Assembly (NCBI RefSeq): GCF_009914755.1
Contig: NC_060931.1
Direction: 5' to 3' (one strand)
DNA from: the human T2T-CHM13v2.0 reference genome, Homo sapiens
DNA: 64,000 bases
The position numbers and the translations under genes are program-made. The notes beneath the pieces were generated by a model. The model was not told where the DNA came from, did no database searches, and saw only the letters and a list, made by a program, of their open reading frames with translations. Shown piece by piece: positions 20,065 through 31,535 of the stretch; position 1 is the first letter of the stretch, and every line of letters begins with the position of its first letter.

Positions 20065-20612
20065 TGAGAGGTGAAGCCAGCTGAGCTTCTGGGTCAGGTG
20101 GAGACTTGGAGAACTTTTGTGTCTAGTTAAAGGATTGTAAATGCACCAATCAGCGCTCTGTATCTAGCTAAAGGATTGTAAACACACCAATCAGCTCTCT
20201 GTAAAAATGCACCAATCAGCACTTTGTAAAATGGTCCAATCAGCACTCTGTAAAATGGACCAATCAGCAGGATGTGGGCAGGGCTAAATAAGGGAATAAA
20301 AACTGGCAACCAGAGCCAGCAGACGCAACCTGCTGGAGTCCCCATTCCGGGTGCGGAAGCTTTGTTGTTTTGCTCTTCGCAAATCTTGCTGGTGCTCACG
20401 CTTTGGGTCTGCACTACCTTTAAGAGCTGTAACACTCACTGCGAAGGTCTGCGGCTTCACTCCTGAAGTCAGCGAGACCACAAACCCACTGGAAGGAAGA
20501 AACTCCAGACACACCATCTTTAAGAGTTGTAACACTCACCGTGAAGGTCTGCGGCTTCATTCTTGAAGTCAGTGAAACCAAGAACCCTTGAAAGAAACCA
20601 ACTCGGGACACA
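20065..20612 (+). mobile_element. Short LTR12 (ERV9) solo LTR, LTR12F/B-like
   Basis: tgagaggtgaagccagctg...gacaca; five ccaatcagc repeats; duplicated U5 unit taacactcac..gaaggtctgcggcttca; 4 bp TSD attt at 20061-20064 and 20613-20616. Confidence 0.95.
20140..20300 (+). promoter_or_regulatory. LTR12 U3 CCAAT (NF-Y) box array, putative promoter
   Basis: Five tandem CCAATCAGC motifs followed by the gggaataaaa box; activity inferred from the family, not shown by the sequence. Confidence 0.55.
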
Positions 20613-22193
20613 ATTTGACCGGTAATAAAACAGTGGTTTCCTGAACAGTTGGTTCCGCATGCATTACTCTTTATCCATCGAAATTCCGCTGTCTTGATAA
20701 ATTGTCTCCATCTAGGCAGCAGGCAAGGTGAACCTATTGGGTGGTTACAACTTTGTTGTAAGTTTACATTTGTACAGGCACAATCCTTATTTGCTGACCT
20801 ACCATGCCATTGTAGGTCCGTAGATTGTAGTTTATGGATTGTTTGCACTAACTGACGAGGAGCTGAGTTTTTTACAAAAGCCTCCATTTGTTTCATGTTG
20901 TGACTCTGTTGTTTTTTCCTAAATACACCTAATGAGAATGGTGGTACTTCATTTTATGGCTGTCAAAGCAATAAAATGGTGAGCAAACCTAAGCTAGAAA
21001 ATCTAATCCCATCTTCGCATATGACAGTAGGCCCCTAGCTTTACAGCTGTTATTGCCTCCTATTTCCAAATGATGCTGCTGATGAGTTACATACACAGAA
21101 AATCATTTTCGGTTAGTGGTAAATTATCCAAGCTCCTAGTGCTTTTCATAGCACTGATCAAGTGTTTGCCATTCCCCTCAATCATTCTGCAGTCTGTGAA
21201 ACATGCTAGCAACCCAGTAAATATTTCATTGAAAAATTGTCATTTTCTCACAGAAAACTATATGTCAAATATTCAGATATTTGTTAATAAATATACTAAT
21301 ATTAATATCAATATTCTTTACCTACCTGAACAAAATTAGTCTTACCTAGAAAAATTGGCAGAGGTATTGTGTTTATTTTTCCTTGCTTTCAGTAATATAC
21401 AACTGAGAAATTTTTCTGCAATGGGGGGGGAATCCCAAAAGTACCTTTTGAAAACTAGTTGTCATTTGTTAACACTATAGCTTAATATCATGATGAATTT
21501 TTTTGGCATGTGGTATTTATAAATAAATGAAGTTATAAGAAAACTCATATTGTTTTCCACAATGACAGATTTATGGTTTCTTATCATGCCTATTAGTTTG
21601 CAAACTATGCTTTATTTTCCAAATATGTAAAGTTAGATTGTTTTACATGATATTTTATTATAATATACAGTAAAATTTTGGGAAGCTATAGGGAAAAATA
21701 GATGAGAAAAAATCCTCAGCTAACGCTGAAGGAAGGGGAATGTGTTATTTAATATTAACATTTGTCGGTCTTGAAAATGGAATTTCAGGACTTTGGAGCT
21801 GATTAATTCACTTTTCTCTTTTTGCCATGATACAACAATCTCTTGAAACCAAATATAGATAAACACATTTCAATCAGGATACAAAAAAAAGGTCTCAATT
21901 TAAGAATACTATAATTTTAATCTTAATTGTGGTTAGTACTTTTTCAATCAGCCATTATTTCTTAATAGCTACTAGGTATCAAATATGTAATTATCACTGA
22001 AAAATAGAGATAAAGATGGCACACATATCTTTATCTCTGTGTCTAGTAGACTAAACTGGGAAATCAGTACCTGCACCAATAGAAATGTAACAAAATAACT
22101 CTATGAGCCTACAAGGAAGATGCCCTTGTTTGTCTGTGGGAATTCAGAAAGGCTTCATGGAAGAGGAATCCTGTTTCTTTTAGTTTTTGCTTG

Positions 22194-23020
22194 TTGTAGG
22201 CAGATTAATGACCACCCCAAAAAGTCCACATCCTAATATCTAACACCTGTGAATATGTTACCCTACATAATAAAAAGAACTCTGAAGATGTGATCAAGTT
22301 AAAAGTCTTGAAAAGACTGCCCTAGATTATTTGTCCTTAGAAGTGGAAGAGGGAACCAGGGTCAGAGAAGGAGATATCATGACAAAATCAGAAGTCTGAT
22401 TCATGCGGGGCCAGCAACCAAGGAATACAGGAAATTTCTAGAAGCTGGGGAAGGCAAGGAAACATACTCTTTCCTAGAGTCTCCAGAAGGAACACAGAAG
22501 GCCCCAAAGTAAGATATTTTGATTTTGCCCAGTAAGACTCATTTTGAACTACTTATTTCCAGGAATTATAGGGTAATAAGTTTGTGTTCATTTTGTTTAT
22601 TTGTTTGTTTTTGAGATGGACTCTTGCCCTGTTGTCAGACTAGAGTGCAGTGGCACTTTTTTTGGGGGTGGGGGGTGGTGAGGCGGGGACAGAGCTTCAC
22701 CCTTGTTGCCCAGGCTAGAGTGCAGTAGCGAGATCTCAGCTCACTGCAACCTCTGCTTCCTGGGTTCACGATTCTCCTGCCTTAGCCTCCCGAGTAGCTG
22801 GGGTTACAGACACCCACCACCACGCCTGGGAAATTTTTTTTTTTTTTTTTTTTTTTTGGTAGAGATGGGGTTTCACCATCTTGGCCAGGCTGGTCTCAAA
22901 CTCCTGACCTCGTGATCCACCCACCTCAGCCTCCCAAAGTGCTGGGATTTACACATTTGTGTTGTTTTAAGCCACAAAGTCTGTGGTGCTTTGTTACAGC
23001 AGCAGTAGAAAACAGACACA
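22194..23020 (+). mobile_element. MaLR solo LTR (MLT1D-like) interrupted by an Alu
   Basis: tgtaggcagattaatgacc...cacctgtgaatatgttaccctacat...tttgttacagcagcagtagaaaacagacaca. Confidence 0.88.
22590..22950 (-). mobile_element. Chimeric AluS: 5'-truncated Alu with G/C-rich tail plus a second Alu 3' fragment
   Basis: Two successive Alu 3' ends separated by T7 and a G-rich tract; flanking tttgtgtt TSD. Confidence 0.88.
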
Positions 23021-23024
23021 ATGT

Positions 23025-23490
23025 GCTTTTTTCTTTGTTTTGCTATTTAGCATCAGAATGTTTTGTATATTTTGGTAATTGTCTACTGTTTGAGACAGGA
23101 GTAAATAATGCCAGGGAGACTCACTTTCCTAATCTCTCTGGGAAATAGAGCGTGAGCCAGACCGCTAGGGGTGGCTATTAGACCCTCCCACCTGGGCGTG
23201 GCAGTGGCAGTAGCAGTAGCAGTGCCTCCAACATCCAGTCTCTAGGAATAGCAGTACCAGTGGTACCATCCTTGGTCCAGTGAAGGTAACAGCTGGGTTG
23301 CAATCTCTGACCTTACCTCCTTTTGTTTCTACTATTTTTTGGGAGAGAGAAGAATTTGTTTATTAGGACTTCTCAGTGATATTCTGTGGCCTTAGATATG
23401 TTTTCAAAACATTCTCTTTCTGCTTGAATCACCTAGACAGAGTCAGTTTGTGCTGCTTTTCATGAAGAATGAAGAGTGGTTTTAATAAAG
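23025..23490 (+). mobile_element. Old ERVL-type LTR (LTR33-like)
   Basis: ttttgctatttagcatc...ctttcctaatctctctg...aaacattctctttctgcttgaatcacctagacagagtcagttt. Confidence 0.45.
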
Positions 23491-23519
23491 CATCAAGGGA
23501 ACTAAGATATAAGGCATGA

Positions 23520-23970
23520 AGGTAGGAGAGACCCCAGAGTCTTGAGGTTAACATTGAGTAAGTTAGCATTGCTGGAATTTCCAATGTGGGGAGCTTGATA
23601 CATGGTGATATTGCATCAGTAGGCAAAAATCTAAGGAGCCACACTCACAATAAAGCTAAATTGTTTGGATTATTAGTTTTATCCTTTGTTTAACAGTGGG
23701 AGTCACTGAAGAAATATCAATGACAGTGATATAATCAGATATGGGTGTTAGAAAAAGATAAATGAGACAACACAGGGCCTAGTAAAAAATTATTTCAGTA
23801 GTTCAAGGAAGATTTGAGGTACTTGGTAAAAGATTAACAGCAAAGATAGAGGTAAAGAGAGCGGGATGGAAGTTCCTTTTCTTTTTTGGTTTTTACTTTA
23901 GGAAAAAGTGACGGCTTTGCTATGAAATGGAGATGGGAGCTAAGGTTGAGGGAATAATGTAGGCTAATTT
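23520..23970 (-). mobile_element. L2 fragment (further pieces at ~21945-22170 and ~24405-24530)
   Basis: ttttatcct...cagtggggagtcactgaag...agtgatataatcagat...ttagaaa, typical antisense L2. Confidence 0.6.
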
Positions 23971-24019
23971 TTATTTATTTTTTTATTTTGAATTTTTAAT
24001 ATACAGGTAGATTACCTAG

Positions 24020-24401
24020 TGATATGGTTTAGCTCTTTTTCCCCACCCAAGTCTCCTGTTGAATTGTAATTCCCAATGTTGGGGGAAGGACCTGGTGGGA
24101 TGTGATTGGATCTTGGGGGCAGAATTCCACCTTGCTGTTCTGGTGAGAGTGAATGAGTTCTCAAGAGATCTGATTGTTTAAAAGTGTGTAGCACTTCCCT
24201 CTTTGCCCTTTTTTTTCCTGCTTTGCCATGGTAACACGTGCTTACTTCTCCCTTGCCCTTTCCCATGATTGTGAGTTTCCTGAGGCCTCCCAGCTATGCT
24301 TCCTGTATAACCTGTGGAACTGTGAGTCAGTTAAAGCTTTTCTCCATAAAATACCCAGTCTCAGGTAGTTCTTTATAGCAGTGTGAGAACAGAAATATAC
24401 A
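24020..24401 (+). mobile_element. THE1D/MSTA solo LTR
   Basis: tgatatggtttagctc...gtagttctttatagcagtgtgagaacagaaatataca; near-TSD cctag/cctaa. Confidence 0.93.
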
Positions 24402-25556
24402 CCTAATAAACACACTAGTTTGTAGTTTAAGACAGAAATGTGAGCATATAGTATATATTTGGAGTCATCAGCTTCAAGGTACTCACTCAAACCTCAGGTA
24501 TTGTGAAGATCTGCTGAAGAAAAGACAAGATACACAATAAAATTAAAATAGGCCTGGTGTTCAATTGGTCCAAAAGCCATAGGTATGAAATCTATTTGTG
24601 AGTTGTTGTGAAAACAAAAACAAAAACAACTGTTTCTCTTAGAGGAAATTAATTATATGTATATCAACTTGGGTTAAGCAGTGAAGCAGTAAAACATTTT
24701 TTTTTCAATGTTGTTATCTTATACAAAGCGTTTGACTACCATCAAGCCATGAAAGTGAATGACACTCTCAACACTTCACAAAACTTTCAATTACACGTAG
24801 GGTAAATGGAATTTATTAAGTTTTTCCTTTTTTGAGTAGTATTTAATAAATTAAGCCAGTTGGCATAACTGTTTTTAACTTTGGCTACAGAGCATAGCAT
24901 ATTGCTGAAACTTTTTATAGACAGGAATAAATAGTGGATGTTGAAATGTATATCAAAGTTTACTTGAATTATGATACTAGCGGGGATGGAAGGACACTTT
25001 CTACAGAAAAAAAGAAATGAAATAAAGTACTAATCTGAATTTCAAACATTCTGGCTTCTACTGGCTTGAATTTTGGACTTTCAGGGTTTATGGAGAAGCA
25101 ATCAATTAGAAAATTAGATCTATTAGAACAAGTTCAAATAAGAAAATTTTTTTTAAAGTTACCCAAGAGATAACTTTATTCTCATCCTTTCTCCAGGAAC
25201 TACAAAATAAGACATAAGAAAATAAGTAACAACTGTCACAAGACAATTTCACTGATATAAATAAGAAAAGAGCAGTGTATTAAACACTTGATTAATTAGT
25301 ATTGCATTGAACACACTTCTTTGGGAGTATTAGAAAAACGTATCAATTTCTATTCTATTAATTTTGATGAGTTCATTTTTGGTTCTCTTAATAGAATTTC
25401 CCTATCCTAAAGTATTCTAAAACCTGTTAGTCACCCAACCATTCTTAAAGCAGTAGATCTCAACCCTGTAAAAGCAAATGTTCCTTTTTTGTAATAGTTT
25501 TTCAAGGCAGTAACTCTGGAGTTACAGAACCAAAACTTTTCAAGTTTCCTTGGTGA

Positions 25557-26090
<534 letters not shown>

Positions 26091-26464
26091 CCCTTTTCTT
26101 CTGAGGAGTGTAGTTCGTGCTGTTTGTCTACTGGGCCTGTGGATGAGCTGAGCAAGTGTCATCAGTGGAGAGGTAGAACCAACAGAATAAAGAGAAACCA
26201 AGGGTCTCAATATTAGAATTATAACCAAATAAGGAAAAATGTGGAAATCAATATAGAGTTGGACAAGTCTGATGCATTTAGTAGAGGAAAGAGTTTTTAT
26301 GCTACTTTCTTCTGTGTCACTATTCTGAATAAGAAGGAAAGACTTAGCAATGGAAGGCACAGAATGACAGTTGCTGATAATTAAGTCATGAAGAAGTTCC
26401 AGAGCATAGCCAAGGCTATCTTGAGTTTGAATAAGACACACAGGTAGGGAGGTATGGCTGAAAA

Positions 26465-26807
26465 GATTTTTTTAAACCAAACCAAACTTTGCTGTACCTA
26501 AGGTAATACGCAGCCTTGGGAGTTTCTCAGAAATTTGTTGACATTTATCCAGCAAATTAGGCTCAATTCACTCAGAATTATGGTCTCAGTTTGCTGACAC
26601 TCTCTTGCCTTCTCACCCCACACTGCTCTTGCTTCAGTCTTCTTGCACTGTGTAATCAATGAACTATAAATTAACATGAGTGAGCATAGTTTCATGTTGT
26701 AAATAAAAATTGACAGGTACTCTGAGTCATATTTACTTTTTTGCATCAGAGTTGTAATACAAGTTGGTAATTAGTCATAATGGGAAGGAAATAAAGTGCT
26801 TGTGTCT
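26465..26807 (+). repeat. Unique-sequence donor segment of local dispersed duplications
   Basis: Copied at 28108-28375 (~88%), 28455-28505 (inverted) and 29871-30037 (2 mismatches in 167 bp). Confidence 0.95.
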
Positions 26808-28107
26808 GGCAAGTTTTCTTTTGTTCATTGCCTTCTAAAAACTTTATGTATATTGGCTGCTGGTACCCTTGGTAAGGTGGAAAATGGCCTTTGGGAAATA
26901 TGAACAAATGAGAGAACAGAGAGAATCCAAGCGTCTCCAAATAGGAAGTGGTGCAGGTGATCCTTGCGGGAAAGGGCACAGGACCACTAGATTTATAGAG
27001 GGGGAGAGTTGAACTGCTGGCATGAGTAATAGAACTTAGGATAGAAGCATTTAAAATGTGTTTCAGTAGACTGCATGCTATGTTCTTTTAAACCGCTCTT
27101 TAGTATTGACAGCAATCCTTCAGAAGAGATCCCTCTCATCAGTACTTTTGTGAGGTTTGCGTAGCAGTTGTTGTTTTATTTATTTTTGTGTGACAGTATG
27201 CTGACACTGGCCCCAAGAAAAAATATGGATTCTATTTACAGGTCACAAATAAACAAATTCTAGATGGTTCACAAAGATACTAAATACTAGTTATTGAGTC
27301 CCATATACATTGTTTCATTTTATCATCAGTATAATTACTTTCATTTAACTATTGCAAAACCGAGGCTCACAGTTTAGGTGACGAAGTTAAATTAAATGGC
27401 AAACCCAGATGTAGACACTATTTCCACAATGCTGAGCCACCCTTATTAATTGGTCATATTTATAAAGGTTTTATATAGCAAAATCACATGTTGGTGGCTA
27501 TTTCTCTTTTTGTACCCCATTATATATAAACATATTATTTTGATAATTTTTCCTGATATCACAGAAGAACTTTATTCTCTCTCCTCTTCTGAATGACTTT
27601 TTATTTTCTCTGAATTACTCTCTGGCCATCCTTCGTAAGAATCACACATCCTATAGTCAATAATTATTTAGTAATTATGATTATTTAATAAATGATATTG
27701 TTAATCTTGACATGTATTGATGCTTACATATTATGAGATTATATTAAATATGATACACACTTACTATAAATGTCAATTTGTAAATGTGAGGTATATAATG
27801 ATGTTTTTCATACGTGTTTTGCTTACTATTATAAATAATAAGCTTTAATAATAAGCTTGTAACATTTTATTTTTGTAGAATTATTGTCTTTGGACAATAC
27901 ATTTATTTTTAATTGGGAAATACATTGTTTCATATATATATGAAACTATATATATAGAAAGCACTATATATGTATGAAACACTATAGCTATATATGTAGT
28001 GCTTCCCATATAAAAATATATTATTTTTTACTATATTTTCTAATTATTGGAGATGTTATATGTTATATAATGACTATATATAATATTATATATATATATA
28101 TATATAT

Positions 28108-28375
28108 GATTTTTAAAGTCATACCAAACTTTGCTGTACCTAAGGTAATACTCAGCCTTGGGTGTTCTTAGAAATTTGTCAAAGTTTATCCAGCAAGTTA
28201 GGCTCAATTCATTCAGAATTCTGGTCTCAGTTTTCTGACATTCTGTCACCTTCTCACCCCACACTGATCTTTCTTCAGTCTTCTTGTGCTGTGTAATCAG
28301 TGAGTAATTAGCATAAGTGGGCATAGTTTTATATTGTAAATAAAAATTGACAGGTACTCTGAGTCATATTTACTT
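28108..28375 (+). repeat. Old direct copy of 26465-26738
   Basis: accaaactttgctgtacctaaggtaatac...aattgacaggtactctgagtcatatttactt; about 30 differences by hand count. Confidence 0.95.
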
Positions 28376-28876
28376 ATATATGATTCATTATATATATGAT
28401 TATTTTTATCAAATATAATTACATAAAATGTATATTATAAATTATGAGTCATATAAAAGTAAATATGATTCAGAGCAACTGTCAATTTTTATTTACAACA
28501 TAAAATATATCTAATTATATATATTTTATGTAGTAAATATATAATTATGTTATAATAAATATATATAATTTTATTATATATTTTATGTTGTAAATAAAAT
28601 GTATGGCTTATATAATATATGATACATAATATATAATATATAATACAATATATAAAATTTATGGATTATATAATATATAGTTTAATTATATATTATATAA
28701 AATATGTATTATAATTATATATCACATATTATATGTTATATATTATATATTAAATGGATATATAGATATATAATATATATATTCTATATAGAGATATATT
28801 ATATATTATATATCTCCCTCAAGATATAAGATATATCTAATCTAAATCTCTCTATTCATATTTATATATAAATTAT

Positions 28877-30505
28877 ATATATCTTTCTATATATTATATA
28901 ATATATCTTTCTATATATTATATATCTTTCTATATATTATATAATATATCTTTCTATATATTATATAATATATCTTTCTATGTATTATATAATATATCTT
29001 TCTATGTATTATATAATATATCTTTCTATATATTATATATCTTTCTATATATTATATATCTTTCTATACATTATATCTTTCTATACATTATATAATATAT
29101 CTTTCTATACATTATATATCTTTCTATACATTATATAATATATATTTCTATACATTATATATCTTTCTATATATTATATATCTTTCTATATATTATATAT
29201 CTTTCTATATATTATATATCTTTCTATATATTATATAATATATCTCTATATTTTATATATCTATATATTATATAAATCTTTCTTTATATTATATAATATA
29301 TCTTTCTATTATATATCTTTATATTATATATCTTTCTATATATTATATATCTTTCTATATAATATATCTTTCTATATATTATATAATATATCTTTCTATA
29401 TATTATATAATATATCTTTCTATATATTATATAATATATCTTTCTATATATTATATAATATATCTTTCTATATATTATATAATATATCTTTCTATATATT
29501 ATATAATATATCTTTCTATATATTATATATCTTTCTATATATTATATAATATATCTTTCTATATATTACATAATATATCTTTCTATATATTATACATATC
29601 TTTCTATATGTTATATATCTTTCTATAATATATAATATATCTTTCTATATTATATATTATATATCTTTCTATATATTATGTTATATATATTTCTATATAT
29701 TATATATCTTTCTATATATTATATATTATATATCTTTCTATATATTATATATTATATATCTTTCTACATATTATATATATCTTTCTATATATTATATATA
29801 TCTTTCTATATATTATATGTAATATATCTTTCTATATATTATATATCTTTCTATATATTAAGATTACACATCTTGCACTGTGTAATCAATGAACTATAAA
29901 TTAACATGAGTGAGCATACTTTCATGTTGTAAATAAAAATTGACAGGTACTCTGAGTCATATTTGCTTTTTTGCATCAGAGTTGTAATACAAGTTGGTAA
30001 TTAGTCATAATGGGAAGGAAATAAAGTGCTTGTGTCTTTCTATATATTATATATAATGTGTCTTTCTATATATTATATATAATGTGTCTTTCTATATATT
30101 ACATATATCTTTCTATATATTATATATGATATATCTTTCTATATATTATATATGATATATCTTTCTATATATTATATATGATATATCTGTCTATATATTA
30201 TATATGATATATCTTTCTGTACATTATATATGATATATATTTCTATATATTATATATGATATATCTTTCTGTACATTATATATGATATATCTTTCTGTAT
30301 ATTATATATGATATATCTTTCTGTACATTATATATGGTATATCTTTCTGTATATTATATATATCTTTCTCTATATTATATATGATATATCTTTCTGTATA
30401 TTATATATATCTTTCTATATATTATATATGATATGTCTTTCTATATATTATATATGTCTTTCTATATATTATATATATGTCTTTATATTATATATAATAT
30501 ATCTA
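28877..30505 (+). repeat. AT-rich minisatellite, unit ~19-26 bp with core atatctttctatatattat
   Basis: Dozens of tandem units, interrupted at 29861-30037 by a captured unique segment. Confidence 0.97.
29871..30037 (+). repeat. Young direct copy of 26641-26807 embedded in the minisatellite
   Basis: Ungapped alignment at offset 3230, 165/167 identical. Confidence 0.98.
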
Positions 30506-30699
30506 TATCCAAATCTCTCTATACATGTAATTCTCTGTATATAAAATTATATATGTCTATATAGAGCTTCCAATATAACATATCCAATAATAGGAAAATA
30601 TAGTCAGGAAGGGTATAGTATAGTCAGATGTTTTGAACTAATCATACTGATTTTTAAAATAAAATTGTCGACAATGTCATGCATAAAGTATACATACCA

Positions 30700-31535
30700 T
30701 ACATATGTTCATCTACTCATGAAAAGGAACTCAATTTTCAGACATTAGATATTTATCTGGAAATATTTCAGAATACATCTGTAAATGATAAGGACACTTT
30801 TAAGAAAACTAATCATCATTGTAATTTTTTATAGTTACAAGATAATTCTCTAAGGTGATCAAATATCTTTAATTGGTAATTAATCTGATAATTGGTAACA
30901 ATTATATTTTGCCAGTGACAAGGTCTCACTCTGTTACCCAGCCTGGAGTGCAGTGGTACAATCATAGCTCACAGCAGCCTCAAACTGCAGAACTTAACTG
31001 ATCTTCCTGGCTCAGCCTCCCAAGTAGCTGCATTGACAGGAGTGTGCTACCTTCCCCAACTAATTGAAGAAAAAAAATTGTAGAGTTGGGGTACTGCTAT
31101 GTTGCCATGTTTGGTCTCGAACTCCTTAAGGGGTCCTCCCACCTTGGCCCCTCAAAGTGCAGAATTATGGGTGTGAGCCATCATACCTGGCCCTTTAATT
31201 TCTTTGTTTTAATCAGGGCCCAAATAACATCCATATATTGCAATTGAATGATAGTTTTAAAAATATATATTTTACTTCTCCATCTCTTTTTTCTTTCAAT
31301 ATTTTATTGAAGAAACAGGGTCATTTTTTCTGCAGTGTTGACAAGCATGAATTTTACTGAGTACATAGGTACTCATGTAATTTAATACGCTGCTTTAATT
31401 AAAATACAATATGTCCCTTGCATTTTCTGTAACTTATAGCTTTATCTAGAGGCTTATCAGAGTCAGGTTTGTTTGAGGGACAAAAATACTTCATAGGTGA
31501 TGCTGTGTACTTTCATCAGGAGGCACATACTGACC
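30700..31535 (-). mobile_element. L1MC4/5-like 3' end fragments, split by AluJ
   Basis: aatcagggcccaaataacatccatatattgcaattg...ttgaagaaacagggtcatt...tctagaggcttatcagagtcagg...aggaggcacata. Confidence 0.7.
30915..31192 (-). mobile_element. AluJo-like SINE
   Basis: gacaaggtctcactctgttacccag...atcatagctcacagcagcctcaaact...gagccatcatacctggcc. Confidence 0.92.

Larger units (their letters stand above)
19719..20749 (+). mobile_element. 5'-truncated LTR8 (ERV1), split by LTR12
   Basis: agattagaaatc...atcagtgcttgagatattttgc...gagactgattt | gaccggtaataaaac...ggcaaggtgaacctattgggtggttaca. Confidence 0.88.

Noticed and set aside
20127-20896. Overlapping ORFs up to 158 aa
   Set aside because: LTR12/LTR8 sequence; no gag, pol or env motifs
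26498-28324. Two paralogous minus-strand ORFs (82 and 94 aa) sharing KKTE..VWGEK..ECQ.TET.IL.ELSL.CWIN
   Set aside because: Similarity follows from the DNA duplication; starts and frames differ at an indel and many changes are non-synonymous
28877-30505. Repeat array with an acquired unique segment, superficially CRISPR-like
   Set aside because: Eukaryotic minisatellite with no regular repeat-spacer period, no cas genes and a local donor
29678-30544. Ile/Tyr-rich ORFs
   Set aside because: Translations of the AT minisatellite
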